From an uncultured Candidatus Entotheonella sp. (GTDB lineage Bacteria; Tectomicrobia; Entotheonellia; Entotheonellales; Entotheonellaceae): DNA of 64,000 nucleotides. The stretch lies in the NCBI GenBank assembly GCA_965217185.1, contig OZ244252.1:2208001-2272000 (forward strand). Reading direction: 5' to 3'. This document shows positions 42,266-52,418 of this stretch, in pieces (the stretch's first letter is position 1; each line of letters opens with the position of its first letter). The notes below the pieces were generated by a model. That model ran no database searches. It was not told the origin of the DNA and saw only the letters and a list, made by a program, of their open reading frames with translations. The position numbers and the translations under genes were made by a program.

Positions 42266-43255
42266 ATGGCAGCAGGACGAGGCGTATTGATCGTCGGAGA
42301 GGCTGGGAACGGGGGGCTGAGCCCGGCAACCGCCGAACTCCTGGCAGCCGGACGGGCGCTTCAGGAGAGCCTTGAGGGAGAACTGGCGGTAGGACTGGTC
42401 GGGCATGATTTGGCGGCGGGCGCGGCGGAATCACTGCAAGCCGGCGCCGAACGGGTCTACACCGTCGATGATCCGCTACTGCAGGATTTGCCGGCCGACC
42501 TGTGCCTGAGCGCGCTGGCGAGGCTTTGCCAGGCAACCACGCCGGAAGTCATGCTCTTTGCCCGTTCGGCCTGGGCGCGTGAGTTGGCCCCGCGCCTGGC
42601 GGGCCGGCTGGGCGTCGGCCTATTGCAGGATTGTCTGGAAGTGGGTATCGAGCCCGACAGTGGTCGCTTGACGGCGTTGCGTCCGGTATACGGCGGCAAT
42701 TTTTTGGCCCGTGTGCGGTGCACCGCCTCCCCGCAGATAGCGGTTCTGCGTTCGCAGGCGTACGAGCCGCTGGCACCGGACCCGAACCGGCAGGGTGAAG
42801 TCGTGGCCGTGCCGGTAGACCTGGACGCCTCGCAATCGCGCGCGCGGGTGGTGCGGCGCGTCCGACATGAGCATTCCGGCGTCAGCTTGACCGAAGCCCG
42901 CGTCGTCATTTCCGGGGGCCGCGGGCTGGGCGGCCCGGAACCTTTCCGCGATCTGGAAGAACTGGCCGGCATGCTCGGGGCCGCGGTCGGCGCCTCGCGC
43001 GCTGCGGTGGACGCCGGCTGGGTTCCCGGCCATTGGCAAGTTGGCCTGACTGGGGCCACGGTGACTCCGGAACTCTACCTCACCGTTGGCATTTCCGGCG
43101 CCAGCCAACACATGGCCGGGTGCTCGGGCGCCAAGGTGATTGTGGCGATTAACACGGACGCCGAGGCGCCGATCTTTCGGGAAGCGCGCTACGGCGTCGT
43201 TGCGGATTGGCAGGCGGTACTGCCGGCCTTCATGGAAGCCGTACGCAACCTGTAA
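42266..43255 (+). CDS. etfA: Electron transfer flavoprotein alpha subunit
   Basis: [34 protein letters not shown]. Confidence 0.94.
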   Translation: MAAGRGVLIVGEAGNGGLSPATAELLAAGRALQESLEGELAVGLVGHDLAAGAAESLQAGAERVYTVDDPLLQDLPADLCLSALARLCQATTPEVMLFARSAWARELAPRLAGRLGVGLLQDCLEVGIEPDSGRLTALRPVYGGNFLARVRCTASPQIAVLRSQAYEPLAPDPNRQGEVVAVPVDLDASQSRARVVRRVRHEHSGVSLTEARVVISGGRGLGGPEPFRDLEELAGMLGAAVGASRAAVDAGWVPGHWQVGLTGATVTPELYLTVGISGASQHMAGCSGAKVIVAINTDAEAPIFREARYGVVADWQAVLPAFMEAVRNL

Positions 43256-43298
43256 AGCCCTCCTGGCAGGATGGGTTTGTGGAAGGGGTGACCACAAC

Positions 43299-43991
43299 GT
43301 GGAGATTCGCATTGGCAGCCTGTTGCGCGGTGCCCAGGAAGCAATGGGGACGACGATCATTATTGACGTGTTTCGTGCTTTCACGACCGCGGCGGTGGCG
43401 TTTGCGCGCGGGGCCGAGAAAATCATCCTGGTGGCCGAGGTCGAGGAGGCCCTGGCCTTGCGGCGCCAAGGTGCCGGACAGCTCTGTATGGGCGAGGTCG
43501 CCGGCGTCAAACCCGATGCCTTCGACTACGGCAATTCGCCCCATGAACTCGAAAGCGTTGACCTGACAGGCAAGACGGTTATTCAATCGACCCGCGCCGG
43601 CACCGTGGGCGCCACCGCGGCATCGGCGGCCGAGAAACTTTACCTGGGATCGTTCGTTACCGCCGCAGCGACCGTGCGCACCATTCAACAACAGAAACCC
43701 GATCTGGTCAGCATTGTGGCGATGGGCTATGCCTCCAAGCAGCGCGCCGATGAGGATGAGCAATGCGCCCTGTACCTGCGCAACTGCCTGCAAGGCCGCC
43801 GGCCCGATCCCGATGCGGTTCGCCAACTGGTACGCGTGGGCCACGAAGCCCAGAAGTACGACGATCCTACCCAGCCGCAATTCCATCCCCAGGACAAAGA
43901 CCTTGCCCTGCACATCGACCGCTATGCCTTCGCCATTCCCGTCACCCGCGAAAACGGTCTGCTGGTTGCCCGCCCGCAGCCCAGGCCGTGA
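43299..43991 (+). CDS. 2-phosphosulfolactate phosphatase family protein
   Basis: IIDVFRAFTT, GE..G.....FDYGNSP, STRAGT, ED..CA. Confidence 0.85.
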   Translation: MEIRIGSLLRGAQEAMGTTIIIDVFRAFTTAAVAFARGAEKIILVAEVEEALALRRQGAGQLCMGEVAGVKPDAFDYGNSPHELESVDLTGKTVIQSTRAGTVGATAASAAEKLYLGSFVTAAATVRTIQQQKPDLVSIVAMGYASKQRADEDEQCALYLRNCLQGRRPDPDAVRQLVRVGHEAQKYDDPTQPQFHPQDKDLALHIDRYAFAIPVTRENGLLVARPQPRP

Positions 43992-43995
43992 GACC

Positions 43996-44880
43996 TTAAC
44001 ATTTCGCAAATTCGACGCCGCACCACTGCTCCCACAAAGTCGCCAAGGAGGCATAGTCAAGATTCTCCAAGCCGCTGGCGGCGGCGAGCTCGTACGGCGT
44101 GTGCGACGCCTGAATAGCGTATAGCGGCACACCCAACTGTTGGGCAACCTCCAGGGCCAAGATGGAATCCTTGCGGGCATTGAGGACGGACATGCCGCCG
44201 TCGTAGTGCCCTTGCATCATGCGCTCGCGAACCCGGTGGGTCAGCGGGCGCTTCAGTCCCTCCTCGCCTTCCAGCAGATCGACCAGGGTGGGCATGGGGA
44301 TGTCCAGCTTGGCGGCCAAGGCGGCGGCTTCGATCAGCACCACCATGACGGCGTGCATGACGGCGTTGTTCACCACCTTGGCGCCCATGCCGGCGCCGAC
44401 CGGACCCAGGTGCATGATCTTTTTGGCCATGGGCGCGAGCACGTGCCGGGCCTGCTCCACGTCCGCCGGCTCGCCGCCGACCAGGAAGGTGACCTGTCCC
44501 GCCGCCATCGCCGCCACGCCGCTGGCGATCGCCGCGTCTACGAAGCGCACCTGGCGTGCGCGGCACAGGCCGTCCAGGGTCTGCGCTACCTTGGGTGTGA
44601 CCGTGCTTGTTTCGATGATGAGTTCGGGCACCCGTTCGGCTGCGAGGAGCTCGGTCACCACGGCCTGCGAAATATCCGACGCCGGCAGTGACAGGATGAT
44701 CCGTCTGGCACGGGTCGCCACCTCTGCGACTGAATCAACGCACTCGATCGCCAGCCCCGACACCGCCTGACGGCGGTTCGGGTCGCGGTCGTAGCCGACC
44801 AGCGGCAATTTCCCCGATAAGGCCGTGGCAAGCGCCGAACCGGCATTGCCGAGGGCGATCATGCCGACTGCATCTGACAT
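43996..44880 (-). CDS. NAD(P)-dependent 3-hydroxyisobutyrate dehydrogenase family oxidoreductase
   Basis: IALGNAG, IETST, FVDAAIASG, GPVGAGMGAKVVNN, KD. Confidence 0.85.
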   Translation of the reverse strand: MSDAVGMIALGNAGSALATALSGKLPLVGYDRDPNRRQAVSGLAIECVDSVAEVATRARRIILSLPASDISQAVVTELLAAERVPELIIETSTVTPKVAQTLDGLCRARQVRFVDAAIASGVAAMAAGQVTFLVGGEPADVEQARHVLAPMAKKIMHLGPVGAGMGAKVVNNAVMHAVMVVLIEAAALAAKLDIPMPTLVDLLEGEEGLKRPLTHRVRERMMQGHYDGGMSVLNARKDSILALEVAQQLGVPLYAIQASHTPYELAAASGLENLDYASLATLWEQWCGVEFAKC

Positions 44881-44951
44881 GACGTGCTCCTTTCTGTGAT
44901 ATAGGATCAATCCCTGTTGGCGTGTTGGCGTGTTGGCGCCGCGCCGCCGCA

Positions 44952-44980
44952 TTGACTCCCTGCCGGGCCTTGTTTACCAT
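44952..44980 (+). promoter_or_regulatory. Candidate sigma-70 promoter of the amidohydrolase gene
   Basis: TTGACT-N17-TACCAT; TGTTGGCG x3 (44915-44938) lies just upstream. Confidence 0.6.
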
Positions 44981-45070
44981 GCCCCACCAATTTTGTGAAA
45001 CCTGAAGCATTGGGCGTCGACCTCCGGCAGGGCGGCGGCCCGGCAACTATTGCGCGCACAGGAGAAAGCG

Positions 45071-46213
45071 ATGGCCGCCTTTAATCTCATCTCAGCCGAT
45101 TCCCACATTGTTGAACCGCCCGATCTTTACGAAACCCGAATCGAGCCGAAATTCAGGGACGCGGCCCCACGTCTGGAGCGGCATCGCACCCGCCAGGGCC
45201 GGGAATACGACGCTTGGTATCTCAACGGCATGCGTTGCGGCACGGTGGGCTCCGTCATTCAGGCCGGCAAGCGCTTCGAGGAACCCGGCTCGCTGGATTT
45301 CCTGGGGATATGGGAAGACGTGAAGAAAGCGGCTTACGAGCCGCACGCGATGATCGAGGAATTGGAAGTCGACGGGGTATGGGGCGCCTGCCTGCAGCCG
45401 AGCCAGGGGCTCTTCTGGTACCGTATTGACGACAGCGTCCTGTTGACGGCCCTGTGCCGCGCCTACAACGATTGGATAGCCGACTTTTGCAATGCCGATC
45501 CCAAACGGCTCAAGGGCATCGCCATGCTGAACGTCGACGACGTCGATGAAGCCTGCTACGAGTTGGAGCGGTGCGCCAAGATGGGCCTGGTCGGCGCCTT
45601 CATCCCGGTTTATCCGCTGCCGGATCGCCCTTACCGGCACGCCATTTACGACCGCCTGTGGTGGACCGCACAGGACGTTAACATACCGTTGATGCTGCAC
45701 ATCGGCACCAACAGGGGCGGTATTCCCGGCTGCGAATTTACCATCGACATCAACGAGATCACGGCTGCCGGATTTGCCACCATGGACCACTGGGTGCGTT
45801 ACTCGCTGACCGCCATGATCTTCGCGGGCGTCTTCGAGCGTTACCCGCGCCTGAAGGTCGGCTCGGTGGAGCATGAGACGGCCTGGGTGCCCCACTGGCT
45901 GCAGCAGATGGATTTCACCTACCGCGAACGGCCCCTCATCAACCAGCGCTGGCGGTCGCGCGAGGGCATGCTGCCCAGCGATTACTGGCAGCGCAACATG
46001 TTTGTGGAGTTCATGGAGGACGAGATCGGCATTCGCTTGCGCGACCTGATCGGCACGGACAATATGCTGTGGGGCAATGACTTTCCGCACGCAGAATCGA
46101 CGTGGCCGCGCTCGCAGCAGTTTCTCGACCGTATTTTTGCCGATGCGCCAGACGAAACGCGGCGAAAAATAACGGCCGATAACGCCGCCAAGATGTTCGG
46201 ATTCGATGGCTAA
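45071..46213 (+). CDS. Amidohydrolase family protein (amidohydro_2)
   Basis: ISADSH..EP, AYNDW..DFC, GVFERYP.LK, WGNDFPH.ESTWP. Confidence 0.9.
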   Translation: MAAFNLISADSHIVEPPDLYETRIEPKFRDAAPRLERHRTRQGREYDAWYLNGMRCGTVGSVIQAGKRFEEPGSLDFLGIWEDVKKAAYEPHAMIEELEVDGVWGACLQPSQGLFWYRIDDSVLLTALCRAYNDWIADFCNADPKRLKGIAMLNVDDVDEACYELERCAKMGLVGAFIPVYPLPDRPYRHAIYDRLWWTAQDVNIPLMLHIGTNRGGIPGCEFTIDINEITAAGFATMDHWVRYSLTAMIFAGVFERYPRLKVGSVEHETAWVPHWLQQMDFTYRERPLINQRWRSREGMLPSDYWQRNMFVEFMEDEIGIRLRDLIGTDNMLWGNDFPHAESTWPRSQQFLDRIFADAPDETRRKITADNAAKMFGFDG

Positions 46214-46270
46214 ACGGCAGGGGGAGAGAGGCGCTCCGCAGGGTCCTGCGTCTTCGAGTCGGGCCGCGGC

Positions 46271-46753
46271 TTAGAGCAGATTAAAGCGGCGCATGACCTC
46301 GGCTAGCTGGGCATCCTCCTGAGCCACGGGTGCGGAGGGTGTCGAGCAGCCTTCGCGGCAATCCTTCCCGCTCGACGAATTCGACCGCTTCCCGGCGCGC
46401 CTGCCGGATGATGGTGCGCCGGTCCCAGTAGGCGAATCCAATGTTCGCCAGCGATACGGTCGTAAAGATGCCGATCAGGATGTAGATGAAGTTGAACATG
46501 TCATCGAAGCGATTGTTGACGTCTCCGAACCGGTCGTTGACGTCCCCGAAACGGTCGTTGACCTGCTCGAAGCGCTTGTCGATCTGTTCAAAGCGTCTGT
46601 CAATCTGCTCGAAGCGTTCGTCCACCCGCTTCTCGAATTGATCCAACCGCACTTTCAATTCGATCAACATCTCCCGGTCCTGCTGCGTGAAGCCGTCGGC
46701 TGCCAAGGCAGGCATGGCTACCAGGATCAGGCCGACAGTACCAGGTATCTCAC
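46271..46753 (-). pseudogene. Coiled-coil heptad-repeat membrane protein with two apparent frameshifts
   Basis: GAGGAG RBS + GTG 46753 (VRYLVL) is out of frame with GLILVAMPALAADGFTQQDRE. An extra base at 46328-30 hides the natural-looking end VAQEDAQLAEVMRRFNLL*. Confidence 0.65.
46505..46630. repeat. Six degenerate 21-bp coding repeats (RFEQID / RFGDVN heptads)
   Basis: CGAAnCG...GTTGAC units with 21-nt period. Confidence 0.85.
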
Positions 46754-46773
46754 CGCTTACTCCTCTCTGGCTG

Positions 46774-47253
46774 CTAAGCTTCCTGCAAGTCGATGCGCCA
46801 CACGCCATCCGTCATCCAGCACGCCTTGCAAGGGGCTCCCCGTTGCTTGGAAAGGCGGAAAACGTAGCCCACCCGCTGGCCGTTGGCCGTAGTCAGAATC
46901 ACCGTCTGGGTGGCCTCAGAACCCTGGATGCCAATCTGTCCGAAGTGTGCGACTTTGTGGTGCAAAAATGGCCGGTACGTGGGGTCATAAAGTAGGCGGA
47001 TGAAACGCCACAGGGGGCCGGTAACCTGTTTGTTTGCCGGAGAAGCAAATCGGAACGCCACCTCGATGCCGGCGTTCCGGTACGGCGTGTCGTTATTGGC
47101 AAGGGCTTGGACCTGTATGCGGACAACATCTGCCGGGCCGTACTCGGGGCCGGGAAACGCGCCGTGACTTGTTGAATGTGCCGGTGACACAGTGGTCAGA
47201 GCCAGAAAGGCGGCCGCCGCTGCGAATACCAGCCAAGGTTGTCTTCTCAGCAT
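46774..47253 (-). CDS. Secreted DUF4864-like protein
   Basis: Signal peptide; P.DVVRIQ..AL..ND.P..NAGIE.AFRFASP.N...TGP..RF; CWMTDGV. GGAGG RBS. Confidence 0.75.
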   Translation of the reverse strand: MLRRQPWLVFAAAAAFLALTTVSPAHSTSHGAFPGPEYGPADVVRIQVQALANNDTPYRNAGIEVAFRFASPANKQVTGPLWRFIRLLYDPTYRPFLHHKVAHFGQIGIQGSEATQTVILTTANGQRVGYVFRLSKQRGAPCKACWMTDGVWRIDLQEA

Positions 47254-47394
47254 GATCGGGCCTCCTTTAACGTGTCCTGAACCGCAGACTCCGTATATAT
47301 CCTAAACACCGGCGCTTATGCAAACACCGGTTGCCTGCCTTATAATGCAGCCTTGCCAATCCAGCCCAGCCGTCCAATCCAAAAGGGAAAATTC

Positions 47395-48759
47395 ATGGTC
47401 AGTACCAAGCCGCCGAGCGGCATGCGGGATTATCTGCCGGAGGTCGTCCGCAAGCGCCGCCACGTCATCGCAAAGGTAGAACGCATCTTCCAGCAGTACG
47501 GGTTCCTGCCCTTGGAAACCCCTACGATGGAGAATCTGACGACGCTGCTCGGCAAGTACGGAGCCGAGGGCGACCAGTTGCTGTACCGCATTCTGCATCG
47601 CGGCGACAAGCTGACCCGCGCCTTGGCCCAAGATGGGGTGCAGCAGGCCGACTTGGCGGAGTTAGGGTTACGTTACGACCTGACGGTCCCATTGGCGCGC
47701 GTCGTGGCCCAATACGGGCACCAGCTTCCCCGCTTCTTCAAACGCTACCAAATCCAGCCGGTGTGGCGTGCCGACCGCCCCGCCAAGGGCCGCTTCCGTG
47801 AGTTTTATCAATGTGACGTGGACGTTACCGGCACGCGGTCCCTGATCGCCGAAGCCGAGGTGCTGAACGCCATCAGCGACGTGCTGCAGGATATTGGCTT
47901 TCGCAACTGCACCATCGCCATCAACCACCGGGCTCTATTGCGCAGCATGATTGAGGTCGCCGGATTGGCACCGGATCAGGAAGAAACCGCCTTGGTGGCC
48001 ATCGACAAGCTGGACAAAATCGGTGTGGACGGGGTGCAGGATGAACTCGTGGAGCGCGGCATTCCGGCGACGGCAGCGCGTCACCTGCTGGATTGTACCG
48101 TCGTGTCCGAGGGAAGCGACAACGCCCAGCGGCTCAAGGAGTTGCGCGATCTTCTTCCCTTGGTGCCTGCCCAACAAGCCTTGGATGATCTCGAAAATCT
48201 TTTCTGTATTACTGCCGAAGCGTCCAGCGCCCCCCTGCTACGGCTGACGCCGGGGTTGGCGCGTGGTTTGAGTTATTACACAGGGCCTATCTTCGAAATC
48301 GTCTCCAGCGACTTCAGCGGCTCGCTGGGCGGCGGTGGGCGATACGACAATCTGGTTGGTATGTTCAGCGGCAAGCAGGTCCCGGCGGTCGGCTTCTCAC
48401 TCGGCCTTGAGCGCATTCTTCTGGTCATGGATGAGCACGGCTTGTTTCCGGCTTTGCCCATCTCTGCCGACGTGATGATCTGTCCGTTGCCCGGGACGCC
48501 GTTAGCGCCCGTTGTCGGACTGGCGTCGCGGCTGCGCCAGGGTGGCGTCAGGGTTGAGTTGTACCCGGAAGAGGCCAAATTGGGTCGCCAGCTCGCCACG
48601 GCGGACGACTTGCAGATACCCTACGCCCTGATCATTGGTTCCGATGAGCTCGCCCAGCAGAAATACACCCTCAAGCATCTGGCCTCCAGCGTGCAGCAGC
48701 AATTAGATGAAGCCGGCCTGCTTGACTTGCTTTCTGGTAGTCCTAGTCCCACCGCGTAG
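47395..48759 (+). CDS. hisS: Histidyl-tRNA synthetase
   Basis: GMRDYLP, LRYDLTVPLAR, GRFREFYQCD, LARGLSYYTG, GGGRYDNL, GLERI. Confidence 0.97.
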   Translation: MVSTKPPSGMRDYLPEVVRKRRHVIAKVERIFQQYGFLPLETPTMENLTTLLGKYGAEGDQLLYRILHRGDKLTRALAQDGVQQADLAELGLRYDLTVPLARVVAQYGHQLPRFFKRYQIQPVWRADRPAKGRFREFYQCDVDVTGTRSLIAEAEVLNAISDVLQDIGFRNCTIAINHRALLRSMIEVAGLAPDQEETALVAIDKLDKIGVDGVQDELVERGIPATAARHLLDCTVVSEGSDNAQRLKELRDLLPLVPAQQALDDLENLFCITAEASSAPLLRLTPGLARGLSYYTGPIFEIVSSDFSGSLGGGGRYDNLVGMFSGKQVPAVGFSLGLERILLVMDEHGLFPALPISADVMICPLPGTPLAPVVGLASRLRQGGVRVELYPEEAKLGRQLATADDLQIPYALIIGSDELAQQKYTLKHLASSVQQQLDEAGLLDLLSGSPSPTA

Positions 48760-48790
48760 CCGAGGCTCGGCGCTCAGCGACATCAGCCCC

Positions 48791-50329
48791 CTACGCCTCG
48801 CCTTTGGCGTTCTGCTTCCACCAGCGCCAGCCCAGGGTCAAGCCGAACACCAGCAGCACCACGTTGATCAGGGTTAGCAGGTAAGCCACGGGCGGTATCG
48901 GTATGCCAGCGATAAACTCGAAGCTGCCGGGCGGCATGAGCGCCGGGCTCGGTTGTGCGGGCGGCTCCGGGGATGGGGGCGACCCCCCTTGCACCATCTG
49001 CTCAACCCGTCGGGTGAGACGGTTCTCCAAATCCTGCAGCGATACTTGAAGCTCCACCGGACTCACGAACGGGACCGTTCCCTGGAGTTCCTGAACGGGC
49101 GCCAAACGGCGCAGCAGGCGGTTTTCCAAATTTCCCAGGAGCAATTTCAATTCCTGCGTGCTGACAAAGGACGACCCCTCTTCAGTGGACAGCCGCACCA
49201 CTTGCGGGGGGGCAACCGCAGCGGCGCTGTCATCGGGAACGGGTTCCTCGGGCGGGGGAGCCACTTCAGCCACCTGGGGTACCGCGGGGGGTTGCTGGGG
49301 CACAATGGAAACGGCGCTGGCGTCGGGGGCAGGCTCCTCGGGCGGGATTTCCGCCTCGTCTACTTGGGTTGTTACAACGGGTTGCGGGACCTGGGCATCG
49401 ACGGGTTCTTCAGGAGTCTCCGCAGCGGGTTCTGGTTCCTCTGCGGCCAGTTCCGCTGTCATATCGAGCGCCTGCTCGGCGGTGGTCACAAGCCGTCGTC
49501 GCCAAGCCTGCCACTGGCTGTGGATGATCTGCTGGGACGCTTCCTTATTCATGCCGCCCAGCCGCTCGGCAAAATCCCCCGGTATTTCCAGATAGGCTCC
49601 GACCTGTAAGCCATGTAGATTCCCGCGCACAAACTCCCCGTGATTCAAAGACCAGAGCAGCACGACCGCTTGCCAGCTTTGCTCCTTGGGAACATCGAGC
49701 TTGCTGACGATGTTGTACATCGTTTCGCCCCGCCGTATCGGTCCATAGAAATCGGGCAAATCGAGTTGCGCTGCAACGCGCGGCAGCGTGGGTGGGGTAA
49801 CAGGTTCGGGCTCCGTTGCAGGCGGCGGGGAAGGAGCGGTTGGCGGCGGGGATGGGATTGGGTCAGCGTTAGCCTGACGGACGACCGGCCGCACGACGGC
49901 GGTCTGTTGCACCTCAGGGGGCGCCGACTCGGTCAGCTCGACGTGGTAATTGCGTACGAAGGTCAGCTTTCCCGAGCGCACCAGCACGAGCAGGTCAAAA
50001 GCTTCGTCCGTGATCGGCACATTCGAGAAAATGCGTATCGTATCCCGCTTGTCCGGGGCCAGAATGACATGCATGTGTTCGAGCATAGGCGCGCGTTGGA
50101 GTTCCTCAAGCTGGTAATCTTGCGGCGTTCCTAGCAATACTTCGAGTTCCCTGTCGCGTTCGTGGGGCTCCAGAACGAAAGGCACTTCGGCGCGGAATGG
50201 CTCATTTGCGGCGCTCTGCACATCAATTTCGCCGACCGAGAACGCCAGCAGGTCGCCAGCCAAGCCAACGCAGGCGGCAATCACGACGAGTCCCGCCCAG
50301 AAACTCCTTGTCATCCAGTATTCCTTCAC
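48791..50329 (-). CDS. FimV/HubP-like protein (FimV N-domain, LysM-like, Pro/Glu-rich linker, C-terminal TM)
   Basis: FSVGEIDVQSAANEPFRAEV, YGPIRRGETM...N...F..GN...L.VG..L.IP. Confidence 0.75.
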   Translation of the reverse strand: MKEYWMTRSFWAGLVVIAACVGLAGDLLAFSVGEIDVQSAANEPFRAEVPFVLEPHERDRELEVLLGTPQDYQLEELQRAPMLEHMHVILAPDKRDTIRIFSNVPITDEAFDLLVLVRSGKLTFVRNYHVELTESAPPEVQQTAVVRPVVRQANADPIPSPPPTAPSPPPATEPEPVTPPTLPRVAAQLDLPDFYGPIRRGETMYNIVSKLDVPKEQSWQAVVLLWSLNHGEFVRGNLHGLQVGAYLEIPGDFAERLGGMNKEASQQIIHSQWQAWRRRLVTTAEQALDMTAELAAEEPEPAAETPEEPVDAQVPQPVVTTQVDEAEIPPEEPAPDASAVSIVPQQPPAVPQVAEVAPPPEEPVPDDSAAAVAPPQVVRLSTEEGSSFVSTQELKLLLGNLENRLLRRLAPVQELQGTVPFVSPVELQVSLQDLENRLTRRVEQMVQGGSPPSPEPPAQPSPALMPPGSFEFIAGIPIPPVAYLLTLINVVLLVFGLTLGWRWWKQNAKGEA

Positions 50330-50486
50330 GTCATCACACCTTTCTGTAGCCCGATAGTGATCACGGCCTTGCTGCGCCGGCCCCGCACGGCGTAAGCTAG
50401 GCTGCCTTGCCCATCAGAGACGACCAATCGGCCCGGAGCCTGCCCTCGGCACATATCCGGGGGGCCGCCGCACTGCTGGAGTTCCC

Positions 50487-52250
50487 ATGCTCAACGCACC
50501 CGAACCGCTGCATTATACGTTGCAATTCCCGGCCCCTCATACCCACTACGCCGAGGTGGCCATGACGATTCCCACGGGCGGGCGGCCCGCCGTCGATCTC
50601 CGCATGGCCGTGTGGACGCCCGGCTCCTACCTTGTTCGGGAATACGCCCGCCACGTCGAAGCCGTGGAAGCCCAGGCCGTTGACGGCCAACCCTTGTCCA
50701 TCGAGAAAATCAGCAAGAACCGCTGGCGCGTTGACACTAGCGGGGCGGATCCGGTGCACGTGACCTACCGCATCTACTGCCGCGAAATGTCCGTTCGCAC
50801 CAATTGGGTCGAGGCCGATTTCGCCCTGCTCAACGGCGCCCCGACGTTCCTGACCCTCGTGGAGGACGGGGGCAGACCTCATGACGTGCAAGTAATCCTG
50901 CCGCCAAACTGGGCAACGATCATGACCGGCCTGCCCGCTAGGCCCGAGCTCGGTGAGCACGGCTACCGCGCCGCCGAATTCGACACGCTCGTCGATACGC
51001 CTATCCTCGCCGGCAATCCTACCGTCCACACGTTCGAGGTTGACGGCAAGCCGCACTATCTGGTCAACGAGGGCGAGGCCGGCGTGTGGGACGGCCCGCG
51101 CTCGGCGACGGACACGGAAAAAATCGTGCACGCCCATTGGCGCATGTGGGGCGGGCGCCTGCCCTATGATCAATATGTCTTCCTGAATCTGCTCACGCAG
51201 GCCGGCGGCGGTCTCGAACACCATAATTCCACCGTATTGATGACCAACCGTTGGAACACCCGCGCCCGCGAGGCCTATCTCGACTGGCTGCGATTGGTGA
51301 GCCACGAATACTTCCACGTCTGGAACGTCAAGCGGCTGCGTCCGGTGGAATTGGGGCCTTTTGATTATGAGCGCGAAGTATATACCAAAAACCTGTGGAT
51401 CGCCGAAGGCGTCACGGCCTACTACACCGAGCTGGGCGTGCGGCGCGCTGGGCTGTGCAGCGAGGCGGAATTCCTCGACGGCCTTTCCGGCTTGATCCGG
51501 CGCTTGCAGACCACCCCCGGGCGGCTCGTGCACCCCCTGGAGATGGCCTCTTACGACGCCTGGGTCAAGCTCTATCGCAGTGACGAGAATTCGCCCAACA
51601 CCACCATCAGCTACTACACCAAGGGCGCCGTCGTCGCCTTCCTGCTGGACGCCAAAGTCCGCGCCGCCACGGATGGTTGCAAAAGCCTCGACGACGTACT
51701 GCGGCTGGCTTACGCGCGCTATTCGGGGGCACGGGGTTTCACCCGTGAAGAATTCCGCGCCGTGGCGCAAGAGGTGGCGAAAATACCCCTGCACGATTGG
51801 TTCGTCAGCACGCTGGAAACCACGTCGGAATTGGACTACACGGAGGCGTTGGATTGGCTGGGGCTGCGCTTCGCCTTGGCTGAGGCGGCTTGCGCGGCGG
51901 GAGGCTGGACCGGCCTGGAGACACGCGTCGTTCAGGGCCGCCTGCTGGTTTCGCAGGTGCGGCGCGAAACGCCAGGCTGGCACGCCGCCTTTAACGTTGA
52001 CGACGAAATCCTGGCCATTGACGACGATCGCGTGCTACCAGACCAATGGAAAACACGGCTCAAGCAGTATCAAACCGGCGACCGTGTTTCCGTGCTCATT
52101 GCCCGCCGCGGCCGCCTGCGGCGGCTCGATATCGTCCTTGAAGCCGAACCGCCGAACGTCTGGAAACTGGAACCGCATCCCGACGCCAGCGACGCTCAAT
52201 TGGCTCGCAGGGCTGCCTGGCTGGCGGGCCCGGCGACGCTACCGAGTTGA
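50487..52250 (+). CDS. M61-family metallopeptidase with PDZ domain
   Basis: VWTPGSYLVREY, GGGLEH..S, SHEYFH.WNVKRLRP, EG.T.YY, SYYTKG. Confidence 0.93.
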   Translation: MLNAPEPLHYTLQFPAPHTHYAEVAMTIPTGGRPAVDLRMAVWTPGSYLVREYARHVEAVEAQAVDGQPLSIEKISKNRWRVDTSGADPVHVTYRIYCREMSVRTNWVEADFALLNGAPTFLTLVEDGGRPHDVQVILPPNWATIMTGLPARPELGEHGYRAAEFDTLVDTPILAGNPTVHTFEVDGKPHYLVNEGEAGVWDGPRSATDTEKIVHAHWRMWGGRLPYDQYVFLNLLTQAGGGLEHHNSTVLMTNRWNTRAREAYLDWLRLVSHEYFHVWNVKRLRPVELGPFDYEREVYTKNLWIAEGVTAYYTELGVRRAGLCSEAEFLDGLSGLIRRLQTTPGRLVHPLEMASYDAWVKLYRSDENSPNTTISYYTKGAVVAFLLDAKVRAATDGCKSLDDVLRLAYARYSGARGFTREEFRAVAQEVAKIPLHDWFVSTLETTSELDYTEALDWLGLRFALAEAACAAGGWTGLETRVVQGRLLVSQVRRETPGWHAAFNVDDEILAIDDDRVLPDQWKTRLKQYQTGDRVSVLIARRGRLRRLDIVLEAEPPNVWKLEPHPDASDAQLARRAAWLAGPATLPS

Positions 52251-52418
52251 GAGCCTCAACACGATTCCCGTTCTTGTCACAAATATTGGTGAAGTGTTTC
52301 TTCCAGGAACCGGCATGACATTTGACGCAACCCCGCTTCTCGGCCTCTCGCCCTCCTGCTCCTGTTCATTGCAACCTGACCGGCCATCGCACAACCGGCT
52401 GACCCACTTGAGGCGAGA

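Noticed and set aside
46505..46630. Periodic repeats resembling a mini CRISPR array
   Set aside because: Contiguous 21-nt in-frame coding heptads with no spacers and no cas genes.
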